A stretch of DNA of 51,920 bases from Pseudomonadota bacterium. GTDB lineage: Bacteria > Bdellovibrionota > FAC87 > UBA2466. This document shows positions 1-10,499 of the stretch, in pieces (the first letter of the stretch is position 1; each line of letters starts with the position of its first letter). The stretch is taken from positions 1 to 51,920 of the forward strand of contig JAYSWN010000165.1 of the NCBI GenBank assembly GCA_043718025.1, read 5' to 3'. Below the pieces are notes generated by a model. That model was not told where the DNA came from. It saw nothing but the letters and a program-made list of their open reading frames with translations, and made no database searches. A program made the translations under genes and the position numbers.

Positions 1-70
1 GTTGGCTTGTAAAAAGTCGAAAACGCCACCGAATAAGCGTTACGATGCGAGACGCGTAAGCCGTTGGTAA

Positions 71-3000
71 CTACTCTTTTTCTTTCGTATCCACCTGGAA
101 AGTTTTGTACGAGTGGTCGAGGAGGGCTCGTTCCGCCGACAAAAACTTATCGAGCTTCTCTACAAGCGAAGTGGACGCGGCCAGATCATAACTGGCGTCT
201 CTCAGGGTGATGCCGTCGCGATCTATTTCGGGAAGAGTCTCTTCCTTTTCGATGTCTTTTTTCGCTTCTGCTATGACCCGAAGGTGTATTTGGCGGAGTA
301 ATTCGGCCCGAAACAGATGCCCTCCGATATGAACCATGGGGGCCGAGGCTAAATTTTTATCAAAGTACACACGGTAAACTTGTTTGGTACCAGAAATTGG
401 CATCGCAAGCGATTCTGCAGAAAGCGCGATGTCTTCAATAGTTTTCAGTTGTTCCAGCAGTTCGTGTTCTCTCGCCTTGACCCGCTCTTTCTCTTTTGCT
501 TCGTCCGGATCCCGATTTTTTGAGGCGAGCTTTCCGCGGATCCAGTCTGCCATTGAATTAAAAATTTGGTTTTGATCGCGGGCAATATTGGTTAACCGGT
601 TGGCCAACGCTTCTTTAGCAATACTAATGTTTCTTGGGTCGTCCGCTTTGGCCCGATGAGGCGAGATCAAAAAGGAAGCGAATATAGAGTCCGACGATCC
701 GAACAAGTTCGTTCCTGGAGTCTGGCGATCGATCATGCCGGCTGGGCGTAAGCTGCCTTCAGAATAAAAACCTAGGTCTCTTGTCGTCCAAGTTGCGGCG
801 CTACGACGAAGAACGTTGGGGATGGCTGGAGTAAAGGGAAGCCAACGCGAATGGGTGCGGTTTGCGTCCAAGTAAGAGTTGGAGAGAACCGAGCTCAAGC
901 GCTGGTAAAATTCATCTCGTTCGCTGGCTTTTAGCCCTTCACGATAGGTGGTAGCGACTGATTTTTCGCTGGTGACTCCCAAGGGATCTCCCGAGGGGCT
1001 GAGCAGTAGACTAAGGGCCATAAGCCGGTCGGCTAAAATTCCTCGCCGCCACAGAGCATTGGTGGCATCGTCGGTTAGGTCAACGTCGGGCCGCGAAGCA
1101 AGATTTTTTTGCAGGGCTTCTCCGCCTAAGGATAGATCTTTCTTGAGGACAATCTGAAATAGCATTTTAACTGCCAGCTGCTTAGCCGCGACGGCGTCAG
1201 CAATCACGGCTCGGCGTTTGCTGTGGTCAATCTGTAAGGTGGGGGCGGAGACCAGCTCTTTAACCGGGATACGTGAATCGGTTCTAACCGCTACCGCGAT
1301 CAGCTCCTCCACGTCGTCGGGGAAGCTATTGGCGTCGGCTTCAATACGGGCTCCGGCCAATCGCCATAGTTCCAACACGCTTTTTATATCAGACTTGGGT
1401 TCGGATTTTTCCCCGACGGCAGTGGCAACCAGTGCCGAAGCGTGATCATAAATCTGGCGAATCGGCAGTAGCAACGAGCCGATTTTGGCCAGGTAGTTTT
1501 CGGTGGACTCATCGAAATAAATTCTATCAAGTCGCAAGTTCAGAAATTGGTAACTCCCTAAATACCGGCGAAAGAGACTGTCGAGAATTTGGAGAAGCGT
1601 GCTACCGGAGTCGTAGGGAAGGCAGAATCCATCTTTGGTGTTGAAGATGTGTTCGTCCGAGCAGAAGAAGAACTTTTCGTCTTTTATTCGTTTCTGTTCC
1701 GCTTTGCGATTGCCATACCCGATTTCAATGGCCGCAAAGTCGTATTGTCCAATTTCGTGGGTTTCTTCTGAGGCCAGAAAGCCATAGTCCATTACCGTCG
1801 ATGATTTACCGCGTGTAATGTGTCGGTGATCGGCTGATCCCTTAAAGTTATGGCGGAGGCCTAGGGTATGGCCGAGTTCGTGCGCGATAAGTGGCGGAAA
1901 TATTTTTTGTTCAAGGGCAATAGGGTTTTCGGCGGTCGCACCGCTAAGCGCGGGCATGCCGGCTTCCCAACGGGTTAGGCGTTCGCGGTATTCTCCCAAA
2001 AATTCGGCGCGCGAGTGTTCAAGCAGTTTTACCGGTTGGCCAATCTTTCGTACCAAGACGGCTAGAGCTTCATTTTCTAATCGTGGATTACTAACCAGCA
2101 GATCGCGATACGGCTTTAGAAACTCGCTAAGGGCCGGGCTTTCAGTTGAGGCGCGGGCGGCGGCGGTTGGTAAGCTGATGGGGTCGGCTCGAACCATTGG
2201 CGCCGTAATCTCATTATATTTACGCCACGACTCTTCGGCGAGGCGAGCCCAGGCTAGAGTGCCGCCGTATACGAAGACATCCCCCTTGATGATTTCGCCG
2301 GTGGTGGGGTCGCTAAAGGTTGGCGCGTAGCCCAAAATGCCGTGGCCACTGTCGGGTGAATCATCGTAAACGATGACATTGAAACGGAGATCGCCGCGTT
2401 TGTCGTTGGTGGCCTCAAATAGGGGTTCCAGCGGCGTTTTTTCGGTTGCCCGCTTAAGCGCCAAATTCCATTGTTCTATCGCCGAACGAACCCCCCCTTT
2501 CAAATGGTCTGGAAAAGTGGGGTCGATATGGTAGCGCACCCCCGATTGGAGGTTACGCAAATTCATCCAATCCTGGGTTTCACTCACACTGGGTTGTTGG
2601 TAGCTATCGAAACCTGGAATGGTAGTTCGAAAAAAACCAAAGCTCTGTTGGTACACCGCTGGGTAAGGGCGCGCAGTGTAGCCGCTCGGCCTTTTGGTTA
2701 AGAAGTGATAGCGCTCGGTAGCCAAAGTGCCATCGCTGAGCTGCCGGGCGACATCGAAGCGGAGTGACCCGGCCTCGGCCCTTATGTTTTCCATCGTGGC
2801 CGACAGGGTGTCTGACTTAAATTCGTCTTGCGAATCTGCGGCGGCATCGAGCACCAAAAAGTCACGTTCGTTCCACGGACGGCGGTTTTCGGTCTCCTCT
2901 TCTTCGTGGGTGTCTTGTCCGTCGATGTTCTGTTTTCGCAGCACGTCGACATTGCGCAGCGCAAAAGTGGCCAGAATCGGCGTTTTTTCGGCGGGCCGTA

Positions 3001-3286
3001 AATTTTGCAACGCGCGCACCTGAGACACGACGTCTAATGTGTTTTCTTTTATCTGGAATTTTACCAGCGTGTTGGTCTTTAGATAGGCACCGGGTAAAAG
3101 CATTGCGAACTTAGCGCCCGGTGATCTCACTTCTACTACCGATTTCAAGAAATAGAATTCGCCGGCAAACTCTTTTTTTGAGAGGCGAGCTGAGTTTCCA
3201 AGAATTGGCTTTAGAGGGCGCTCGTCGGCGCACCCCACCAACAGCATTAGGAAAAAGAGAAATCTAATTCCCAGCCAATTTTTCAT
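71..3286 (-). CDS. Large lipoprotein zinc-dependent metalloprotease (met-zincin, EcxA/DUF4953-like)
   Basis: Lipobox LLVGC; HELGHTLGLRHNF zinc motif followed by Met-turn STVMDY; DPTTGEII and FFCSD motifs typical of this family. Confidence 0.85.
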   Translation of the reverse strand: MKNWLGIRFLFFLMLLVGCADERPLKPILGNSARLSKKEFAGEFYFLKSVVEVRSPGAKFAMLLPGAYLKTNTLVKFQIKENTLDVVSQVRALQNLRPAEKTPILATFALRNVDVLRKQNIDGQDTHEEEETENRRPWNERDFLVLDAAADSQDEFKSDTLSATMENIRAEAGSLRFDVARQLSDGTLATERYHFLTKRPSGYTARPYPAVYQQSFGFFRTTIPGFDSYQQPSVSETQDWMNLRNLQSGVRYHIDPTFPDHLKGGVRSAIEQWNLALKRATEKTPLEPLFEATNDKRGDLRFNVIVYDDSPDSGHGILGYAPTFSDPTTGEIIKGDVFVYGGTLAWARLAEESWRKYNEITAPMVRADPISLPTAAARASTESPALSEFLKPYRDLLVSNPRLENEALAVLVRKIGQPVKLLEHSRAEFLGEYRERLTRWEAGMPALSGATAENPIALEQKIFPPLIAHELGHTLGLRHNFKGSADHRHITRGKSSTVMDYGFLASEETHEIGQYDFAAIEIGYGNRKAEQKRIKDEKFFFCSDEHIFNTKDGFCLPYDSGSTLLQILDSLFRRYLGSYQFLNLRLDRIYFDESTENYLAKIGSLLLPIRQIYDHASALVATAVGEKSEPKSDIKSVLELWRLAGARIEADANSFPDDVEELIAVAVRTDSRIPVKELVSAPTLQIDHSKRRAVIADAVAAKQLAVKMLFQIVLKKDLSLGGEALQKNLASRPDVDLTDDATNALWRRGILADRLMALSLLLSPSGDPLGVTSEKSVATTYREGLKASERDEFYQRLSSVLSNSYLDANRTHSRWLPFTPAIPNVLRRSAATWTTRDLGFYSEGSLRPAGMIDRQTPGTNLFGSSDSIFASFLISPHRAKADDPRNISIAKEALANRLTNIARDQNQIFNSMADWIRGKLASKNRDPDEAKEKERVKAREHELLEQLKTIEDIALSAESLAMPISGTKQVYRVYFDKNLASAPMVHIGGHLFRAELLRQIHLRVIAEAKKDIEKEETLPEIDRDGITLRDASYDLAASTSLVEKLDKFLSAERALLDHSYKTFQVDTKEKE

Positions 3287-4086
3287 AAGAGAAACTCCCC
3301 AAACACGGCGACTCGACTTCGTCGGGCGTCGTAGAACGGGAGTGGGCGAAGTAATCCCGTTGATTCATCCAAAAGGCCAGTCAATAACTCGTGCGAAACT
3401 CCGGCTTGAATCACTGGAGAAAAACGGTAGCCCAAGCGCTGTTGCACCCCCCAGTCGTTGCGCCACACTGATCGTAGACTTTGCTGGGCGCTGAAGGCCA
3501 ATTCTAAAAATACAGCGCGATGGCTTAACTCCACCGTCGCTTTTTCGGTGAAACCGCCGGCGGGGAATTCACGCCCCGCAGTGTTGGCCCTAAATTTTGA
3601 AAGTTCTAGCCATGGGGCGATCTCAATCTGCACTGCGATTTGGGGGGCAACTTCGTAATGGGCAACGGCATTTACGCCGCCGCGGCCGCGGGCCCCATCT
3701 TGATTCCAACGGTCTAGGTTTAGTACCGAAAGAAACGGCCGAAGTTGCAATACCCAGGGACCGACAAGCGGGTCGCCAGTTTGCGGTTGAGGTGAGGGCA
3801 ATAGCGAAAAATGTATCTCTGCTTTTATGAAAGGGACGTTGAAATTTTCATACCGGTTAAACGATCGATCGATACGGGTGGAAATTTCAAGACGTGGGGA
3901 AAAGGGGGGGGCGTACTTTCCTTCAAAGGTAATGGCGGCTTCAGCGTTATTTTGGTCGGGATGGGCGCCGGCGCGCACGTGCAAGAGGGTTTCGGCCGCT
4001 AGAGGGTGGCAGAATAGTGTCGTTAACAAAATGCCGATTCCTGTTAACACATCGTGTTGAATTAATTGTCCGGGATTCCGCACCAT
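3283..4086 (-). CDS. Hypothetical exported protein, probable outer-membrane beta-barrel
   Basis: Signal-like segment ending PLAA; amphipathic beta-strand pattern; stop overlaps the protease start (ATGA), so co-transcribed. Confidence 0.6.
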   Translation of the reverse strand: MVRNPGQLIQHDVLTGIGILLTTLFCHPLAAETLLHVRAGAHPDQNNAEAAITFEGKYAPPFSPRLEISTRIDRSFNRYENFNVPFIKAEIHFSLLPSPQPQTGDPLVGPWVLQLRPFLSVLNLDRWNQDGARGRGGVNAVAHYEVAPQIAVQIEIAPWLELSKFRANTAGREFPAGGFTEKATVELSHRAVFLELAFSAQQSLRSVWRNDWGVQQRLGYRFSPVIQAGVSHELLTGLLDESTGLLRPLPFYDARRSRVAVFGEFLL

Positions 4087-4269
4087 GGATAGCTAGAGGT
4101 AACAAAAAACGAGATATGTGTCTCGGAGTATTTGACGCAAGGCAACAGGGCACCCCGACGGTTGGGGAGGGGTGCAGCCTAAGCTGTTAACATAACAAGC
4201 CTATACGGCAAGTGGGGGGGTGGTGCTTTTACTCAAAAGCAGCCCCCGGCCGGCGTCGATGGCGATGGA

Positions 4270-5655
4270 CTAAAGGCCTGATTTCGCAATCTCTTCGTAA
4301 AAATAAATGGCGCCCAGAATTGCCTTTCGAAAATCCCCTAAGTCCATGCTTTCATTTTCAGAATGGGCGTTGGTGTAAGGATCTTCTACGCCAATTAGCA
4401 AAGCTGGCACTCCGCCCAGCACTTTGGCGAACGGACCAACAAACGGAATGCTTCCGCCACATCCCATGAATACGCACTCTTTACCAAACGCTTTGGTCAA
4501 GGCTTTGGCGGCAATCTCAAAGGCTTTGCCCTGCGGATTGGTTACCCACCACGGCCCCGTAGCGTCGGCTTTGATGTTCACTTCAACTCCCCACGGAGCC
4601 ACTTTTTTTAAGTGATCAACGAGTAGTTTTTGGACTTTGGCTTCGTTCATGTTGGGCACGGTGCGAATACCGATTTTGCACCACGCCGATTCGTTGATGA
4701 TGTTGGCCGCCCGTTTGCGCGAACTGGCTTCGATGGCATTAACGCTCAGACTTGGCAAACGGGTCATGGCCACTAGGGGGTCTTGAGGGGCTCCGCCGAT
4801 AAGTTCGGTCTTAGGCAAAACTCCCGCCTGCTTTCGGTACATCTGCGCGGTGAAGTTAATCTTTTTAAGGCTCTCTTTTTCGAGATCGTTTAACGGCAGC
4901 ACATCGTCGCAGACGCCGGAAATGGCAATGTTGCCGTTGTCATCAACCAGGGTGGCAATCATTTTGGAAAGCGCAATTACCGGATCGGGCACTGCCCCGC
5001 CCCACTGACCGGAATGAACTGGGCGCTCCATTGCTTTCACTTCTACTTCGATAGCAACCAAACCGCGTAATGAAGTGGTGATCGTAGGCACTCCGGTGTC
5101 GTAATTGCCGGTGTCGGTCAGCACCATCACGTCGGCGCTCATCTTATGCTTGTACAATTCTAAAAAATGCTCGAGATGTTCGGAACCGATCTCTTCTTCA
5201 CCTTCGATTAGCATCTTCACATTTACAGGAAGCTTTCCGTGCGTCTGCAAATAGGAAAAAATGGCGCTGGAGTGAACCACGACTCCCGCCTTATCGTCGG
5301 CCGTGCCTCGTCCCCACAGGCGGCCGTCTCGTTCGACAGGTTCAAACGGCGGACTTTTCCACAGCTCGGTGCGGCCCGTTGGCTGAACGTCGTGATGGGC
5401 GTAGAGGAGTATTGTCGGCTTGCCCGGGGCGTGCAGCCAGTCGGCGTAAACGTAGGGGTGGGTATTGGGCACCTCTAAAATTTCAACATTCTCAAGGCCG
5501 CACTCTTTCAGATGCGCCACTACCGCGTGGGCAGATCGGCGCACCTCTTCTTTGGGAAAGCCATCGAAACTGATCGAAGGAATTCTAACCAGCGTCTTTA
5601 AGGATTCAATGAAGGAAGCTACGTTTTTTTCTGCAAAATCAATGGGGCTCGGCAT
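4270..5655 (-). CDS. M20 family metallopeptidase (dipeptidase/ArgE-DapE-like)
   Basis: YAHHDVQP, GRGTADDKAG, EGEEEIGS, HSG, GGSIP and NAHSENE motifs; start placed at ATG 5655 behind AAAGGAG SD. Confidence 0.92.
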   Translation of the reverse strand: MPSPIDFAEKNVASFIESLKTLVRIPSISFDGFPKEEVRRSAHAVVAHLKECGLENVEILEVPNTHPYVYADWLHAPGKPTILLYAHHDVQPTGRTELWKSPPFEPVERDGRLWGRGTADDKAGVVVHSSAIFSYLQTHGKLPVNVKMLIEGEEEIGSEHLEHFLELYKHKMSADVMVLTDTGNYDTGVPTITTSLRGLVAIEVEVKAMERPVHSGQWGGAVPDPVIALSKMIATLVDDNGNIAISGVCDDVLPLNDLEKESLKKINFTAQMYRKQAGVLPKTELIGGAPQDPLVAMTRLPSLSVNAIEASSRKRAANIINESAWCKIGIRTVPNMNEAKVQKLLVDHLKKVAPWGVEVNIKADATGPWWVTNPQGKAFEIAAKALTKAFGKECVFMGCGGSIPFVGPFAKVLGGVPALLIGVEDPYTNAHSENESMDLGDFRKAILGAIYFYEEIAKSGL

Positions 5656-5792
5656 GAGAACTCCTTTGTGGGCTTTAAAGCCTCGCTCGAAAACGTTCCT
5701 GTGGTACTCCGGTTGGCCGGATTTTACCACTTAGAAAAATACCCTTATGCTCCGCCGCTTGACGATTGAGTGCGGCGGGGCGAATTGATGGT

Positions 5793-6704
5793 ATGTCTAA
5801 TACTGGCCACTCTGACGAAATACCCAACATTACTCCTAAAAACGACGGCGGCAATCGAGCAACCAAGTTGCTAGACGGGGCGGTAGTGGCTGAAGCCATA
5901 TACAAAAATTTAGCCCTCGAAATTTCGCTACTGCCCGTGGTTCCTAAGGTGGTTTTCATCTTGGTAGGAGAAGACCCGGCGTCCCAAACCTACGTCCGCG
6001 CCAAAGAGAAGAAGTGCCGTGAGCTGGGCTTTCAGGGCGAAACCCTACGGCTACCCAAGGAGACTTCGCAAGAAGAGCTGTTGAAAACCGTGGTCAAGTT
6101 TAACAAAGACCCCGGGGTGCACGGTATTTTAGTGCAGTTGCCATTGCCCGATTCAATCGACCGCATCACCATATTGAATTCAATCGCCGCGGAAAAAGAT
6201 GTGGACGGACTGCACCCTGAGAATATGGGGCGCGTCTGCCGCGGCGACGCTCGGTTTAAACCCTGCACGCCGGCCGGAGTGATCGAGATTTTGAAGCATT
6301 ATCAGATTCCGATGAAGGGCAAGCACGCGGTGGTGATCGGCCGTAGCGACATAGTGGGGAAACCCGCGGCGCTGCTACTTCTAGCCGAGGACGCTACGGT
6401 TACCGTGGCGCATTCAAAAACTCCAGACTTGAAGGCCGTTAGTCTAAGGGCCGATATCTTAGTGGTAGCCATGGGCAAACCTAAGTTTATTACCGGCGAT
6501 TACGTAAAGCCAGGTGCCACCGTAATCGACGTGGGCATTCATCGGGTGGAGGGTAAGATCGTGGGCGACGTAGATTTTGAATCAGTAGCGAAGGTGGCCG
6601 GAGCGGTAAGCCCCGTTCCCGGCGGAGTGGGCAAAATGACAATCGCGATGTTGATGAAAAATGTGGTGAAGGCCGCGGCAAGGCAAGTGGACTCTAATCG
6701 TTAA
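5793..6704 (+). CDS. folD: Bifunctional methylenetetrahydrofolate dehydrogenase/cyclohydrolase
   Basis: VHGILVQLPLP, KDVDGLHP, PCTPAG, GRSDIVGKP, PVPGGVG motifs; exact start uncertain. Confidence 0.96.
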   Translation: MSNTGHSDEIPNITPKNDGGNRATKLLDGAVVAEAIYKNLALEISLLPVVPKVVFILVGEDPASQTYVRAKEKKCRELGFQGETLRLPKETSQEELLKTVVKFNKDPGVHGILVQLPLPDSIDRITILNSIAAEKDVDGLHPENMGRVCRGDARFKPCTPAGVIEILKHYQIPMKGKHAVVIGRSDIVGKPAALLLLAEDATVTVAHSKTPDLKAVSLRADILVVAMGKPKFITGDYVKPGATVIDVGIHRVEGKIVGDVDFESVAKVAGAVSPVPGGVGKMTIAMLMKNVVKAAARQVDSNR

Positions 6705-7320
6705 GCCAGCTCCGGCGTTTCCACTCGTCGATAATTTCTGAGACCTTAAACGAAAGATCGGCGAGCGATCCGTTGTTTTCTATCGCAAAGGTATTTTGTT
6801 CCGGCGACCGATCGGCATCTCGAAGCTGAGTGCGGATCATCTTTTCGGCCAACACCGCACCAATGCGATCCCGATCTACCACCCGCTGGCTTCTTATCGA
6901 TTCGGGGGCAGAAACTAGAACGAGGCCGTCCAGCTTTTTATCCGTACCGGTTTCCATTAGCAGCGCGGCCTCACAGATCACCATCTTTTCGCCGTTGAGC
7001 TTTGCTTGCGCCGCACGCCGCTCGAATTCGGCCAAGATGAGGGGGTGAAGGTACTCTTCAACCGCCTTTCGTTTCACTCGATCGGTGAATAGGGCTTCTC
7101 GGGCCTTGGTGCGATTGAATTGTCCGTTCTCGTAAACGCCGGGTCCCAATAACTGTCCCAGTTTGTGCTGCACGGCGGGTTGTTGATCGGTGAGCTCGCG
7201 CCCCACTTCGTCAAGATTGATCACCGATATTCCCGCATTGCGAAAAAGTTCGGCCACGCTGGATTTACCTGATGCCACTCCGCCGGTAAGCCCGATCTGC
7301 TTAAATTTTAATGACACCAT
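6694..7320 (-). CDS. coaE: Dephospho-CoA kinase
   Basis: IGLTGGVASGKS Walker A, LHPLI, EAALLME, IENNGS. Confidence 0.93.
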   Translation of the reverse strand: MVSLKFKQIGLTGGVASGKSSVAELFRNAGISVINLDEVGRELTDQQPAVQHKLGQLLGPGVYENGQFNRTKAREALFTDRVKRKAVEEYLHPLILAEFERRAAQAKLNGEKMVICEAALLMETGTDKKLDGLVLVSAPESIRSQRVVDRDRIGAVLAEKMIRTQLRDADRSPEQNTFAIENNGSLADLSFKVSEIIDEWKRRSWLND

Positions 7321-7411
7321 GATCTCATTCTACCTAACCTTTACCAGCTCGGGAAGGCTCGGCCAAAACCCTTCAGTGGATTGGCCCCGAAGTTGTAGTA
7401 AAATCTGGCGC

Positions 7412-8575
7412 ATGTACTCGCGTCTTAGCAAAATATTGAGTCAGCCCGCCGCCCCTTTTCGGGAGGAGGCGGTGGCAAGGGTAGTGTTGGAGCTGTTAAC
7501 GGCCCATCGGGTTCCGCACTTTCGCGACGGCCACGGCAACGTTGTGGTGGGTGCGCACGATTTGCAAGACTACGAACGGCGTTTGGCCGCGCCTCGTCCG
7601 GCGGCCATCCCCTTTTTTATCGCCCACATGGATCACCCCGGATTTCACGGTGTGAAGTGGACGGCAAAAAAAGAACTGCTTACCGAATGGTTGGGCGGCG
7701 GCCCGAGCCGCCAATTGGTGGGCGCCAAAGTGTGGTTGACCGCCGACGCCAAGAATATTTCGTTCGGTACGGTAAGAAAGGCCAACCAAAAGGGGAGACG
7801 CATTATCGAACTGTTGGTGGTACCCGACGACAAAATGATGTCGTCGATGGTTTTGGCGAAGAGTGTGTTCGGGGGTTTTTCTTTCGGCCCGCCGCTGTGG
7901 AAAAAGGGCGATCTCATTTTCACCAAGGCGGCTGACGATCTAGTGGGTACCTACGCCATTGTGGAGATGGCGATTGCGCACGCCGATAAGTTCACGGGAT
8001 ACACACCATTCATAGGGTTGTTAACGCGCGCGGAAGAGGTGGGTTACCTGGGCATGATCCACCACTTCCAAGACGTGCTATGCCGCAGGTATCAGAGCAA
8101 CCTATTTTGTGTGAGCTTGGAAACGTCGAAGGCTTTACCGGGGGCAGAGATTGGCAACGGGCCGGTGGTAAGGCTGGGCGATAGGACTACGATTTTCGAT
8201 CCGGCGGCGGTGGAATGGATAACGCAGGTGGCGCGTAAGTTTCTCAATAAAAAATTTCAGCGACGGATCATGGATGGCGGAACGTGCGAAGCAACGGTAG
8301 CCAACGCCGAAGGCTACCGTGCCGCCGGCATTTCGGTGCCGCTGGGCAATTATCACAACGAGTGTTTTTTTGATAAAGGGGCCAAGGTTGGTCTGGGCGG
8401 GCCGGCTCCAGAATTTGTTTCGTGGAAAGATGTGCAGGGGCTTTTGAAACTCTGCCACGCCCTTGTCGCCAATCCTTTTGATGAAAAACGGGCGTGGCAT
8501 TTTCAGCTGAATGCTTTTTCAAATTACCGAGAACAGTTTCAGGGGAAAATGACGGAACCGCGGCTCGAGTTTTAA
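7412..8575 (+). CDS. M20/M28/M42-clan zinc metallohydrolase
   Basis: AHMDHPG, ADDLVG, RAEEVG, LETS, GGTCEA, NYHN metal-ligand motifs; start moved to ATG 7412 to avoid overlap with coaE. Confidence 0.8.
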   Translation: MYSRLSKILSQPAAPFREEAVARVVLELLTAHRVPHFRDGHGNVVVGAHDLQDYERRLAAPRPAAIPFFIAHMDHPGFHGVKWTAKKELLTEWLGGGPSRQLVGAKVWLTADAKNISFGTVRKANQKGRRIIELLVVPDDKMMSSMVLAKSVFGGFSFGPPLWKKGDLIFTKAADDLVGTYAIVEMAIAHADKFTGYTPFIGLLTRAEEVGYLGMIHHFQDVLCRRYQSNLFCVSLETSKALPGAEIGNGPVVRLGDRTTIFDPAAVEWITQVARKFLNKKFQRRIMDGGTCEATVANAEGYRAAGISVPLGNYHNECFFDKGAKVGLGGPAPEFVSWKDVQGLLKLCHALVANPFDEKRAWHFQLNAFSNYREQFQGKMTEPRLEF

Positions 8576-8596
8576 GGCGCGATGATTGCCCGTTAC

Positions 8597-8965
8597 TTAA
8601 AGAGGAAGTTTGGCGCGCGACCGGCTTTTTCGTAAGGCCAGGGACCCGGGCTTAGATTTTTTGCCGTTTTTCTTAGTGGCGGCCAATTGAGGCGATTTGG
8701 CGCCTTTCCACGAGTAGAACACCGATTTGGCGCGAACGCGCTCAGGCGAAAAGTTTTTTTCGTGCATTTTGGCAAGCGTGGCGCAGGCGGCTTGTGAAGT
8801 GAGATCGCTTTTGAATGAAGTAGCTTCGACGAGGCCAGTTTTTAACTCTTCTTTGATCGAGATGGCGCATTTGGCCGCAGCGTGCAAAGGCGCAGGAAAT
8901 ATACCCACGACGACAGTCACGATTAACGCTAACCAGCCCACTCTTTGAATACGCAAAGCGCTCAC
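8597..8965 (-). CDS. Hypothetical secreted protein with basic tail
   Basis: Signal peptide ending LHA, two Cys, GAGG SD upstream. Confidence 0.6.
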   Translation of the reverse strand: MSALRIQRVGWLALIVTVVVGIFPAPLHAAAKCAISIKEELKTGLVEATSFKSDLTSQAACATLAKMHEKNFSPERVRAKSVFYSWKGAKSPQLAATKKNGKKSKPGSLALRKSRSRAKLPL

Positions 8966-9395
8966 AAAAAACCTCAGCCCCTAACTATACAAAGTTTGGG
9001 CCACTCCGCGTTAGGCTCAAATCCGGCTGCGGCGGATGGCATGTTGCCGAGAATTGTCACCGGCTCCTCCTTATCGGCCGACATCCTGATTCATTATGAT
9101 GATTAGTGGAAGGGGGCGGGGCGTCTTTGCTCTCGCGATGCTCGTGGGGGTCGGGTGGCGCTTCCACCCGGGCGTGATTCAGGCGGGCAGTGCAAGGCCG
9201 GGCGTCGGCGGCGTTTCAAGTCGTGACTCCACCCGCTTTACCTTTTTGTCTTAATGGCGACAACCTCACTTCGGGGCTAGTGCTATTTAGGAGGGGCAAG
9301 TCCAGCGGGCAAGAAGAGTTTCCTCAGGAAAGCCCGAATCACTGAATTCGCTTAGGGCTAACGCCTCAATCAACGTTCGGAATCCCGCCGTCGTA

Positions 9396-9647
9396 ATGGA
9401 AGTAACGCCAAGACAACCGCAACGGCTGCCAATCCCCGCCACCGTTCGTCATGCCGTTGTGCGCCGGCAAGGAACGCAGTGTTGTTACGTTTCCCAAGAC
9501 AACCGGCGCTGTGACCAGAAAAGATGGCTGGATTTACATCACCGCGTAGCAGTGGCAAGCGGCGGGCTTAATCTGGCTGAGAATCTAGCGTTTCTTTGTC
9601 ACCGTCACCATCACGCGCTGCATGGGGCGAATCTCTCGACGTCGTAA
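9396..9647 (+). CDS. Small HNH endonuclease domain protein (possibly a remnant)
   Basis: RLPIPATVRHAV..C....C..WLDLHHRVAVASGGLNLAENLAFLCHRHH matches the HNH/zinc-binding pattern. Confidence 0.7.
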   Translation: MEVTPRQPQRLPIPATVRHAVVRRQGTQCCYVSQDNRRCDQKRWLDLHHRVAVASGGLNLAENLAFLCHRHHHALHGANLSTS

Positions 9648-9695
9648 AGAATCAACGTCCTGTGATATTATTCACCGCAAAGAATTGGGGGAGCC

Positions 9696-10499
9696 GTGTT
9701 GACTAACTTAAGGTTTATAAAGGTTCTTGCGGTTTTTAATACGCTGTTTTTTGTGGGACAGGCCCACGGCTTTGATCATACCCACGCGCAATGGGAAAAG
9801 TGGTTGAAGAAATTTGTGACCGTGAATGGTCCAGTGACTTCGGTAGACTACAAGGCCGCCAAAGCGTCGCCGGAACTACTAAAGCCTTACCTGCAGTCGT
9901 TGGAAGCGGTGACGCAGGCTGAGTATGCGGCGTTCGGTGATGCGGAAAAGATGACTTATCTCATTAATTCTTACAATGCGCGCACGGCGGATTTGGTCAG
10001 CGAAAACTACCCAATCAAATCGATCAAAGATCTGGGGGGACTGTTTTCGAGTCCGTGGAAGAAAAAATTCTTCAAACTTTTCGGCGAAGAACAAAACTTG
10101 GATTACTTAGAGCACGGTCTTTTGCGAAAGAATTGGCAAGAGCCTCGGGTCCACTTTGCGGTTAACTGTGCTTCAAAGGGTTGCCCAGCTCTACGCGCCG
10201 AAGCTTTTTTAGCCCCCAAGCTTGAAGCCCAACTTGAGGCGGCGGCAAAAGCATTTTTAAGTGACACCACGCGAAACCGCTGGGATGCGGCGGAAGGAAA
10301 GTTTTTTCTTTCAAAGATCTTTGATTGGTACGGCGAAGACTTCGTGAAAAAGGCTGGTTCCGTGCAAAGCTTTGTGTCGGTGAGAATGGCGGCTTCACCA
10401 ATTGACGCGGGTAAAATGGCCAAGGGGTCGATAGCTTTTCTTGATTATGATTGGACCCTTAATGAAACCCTGGCGCGCACCAACGCCAGTAAGAATTAA
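9696..10499 (+). CDS. DUF547 domain secreted protein
   Basis: FDHTH, VDY, INSYNA, EPRVHFAVNCASKGCP, LSKIFDWYGEDF, YDWTLN motifs. Confidence 0.9.
   Translation: MLTNLRFIKVLAVFNTLFFVGQAHGFDHTHAQWEKWLKKFVTVNGPVTSVDYKAAKASPELLKPYLQSLEAVTQAEYAAFGDAEKMTYLINSYNARTADLVSENYPIKSIKDLGGLFSSPWKKKFFKLFGEEQNLDYLEHGLLRKNWQEPRVHFAVNCASKGCPALRAEAFLAPKLEAQLEAAAKAFLSDTTRNRWDAAEGKFFLSKIFDWYGEDFVKKAGSVQSFVSVRMAASPIDAGKMAKGSIAFLDYDWTLNETLARTNASKN

Noticed and set aside
4140..4250. Two imperfect hairpins between the M20 gene and the barrel gene as a possible riboswitch/ncRNA
   Set aside because: No recognisable aptamer consensus; short stems are compatible with a weak terminator or chance
7190..7411. N-terminal extension of the M28/M42-like ORF
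   Set aside because: Overlaps coaE on the opposite strand; ATG 7412 with a -10 box is a better start
9096..9254. 52-aa ORF MMISGRGRGVFALAML...
   Set aside because: No SD or recognisable motif; cannot be distinguished from chance
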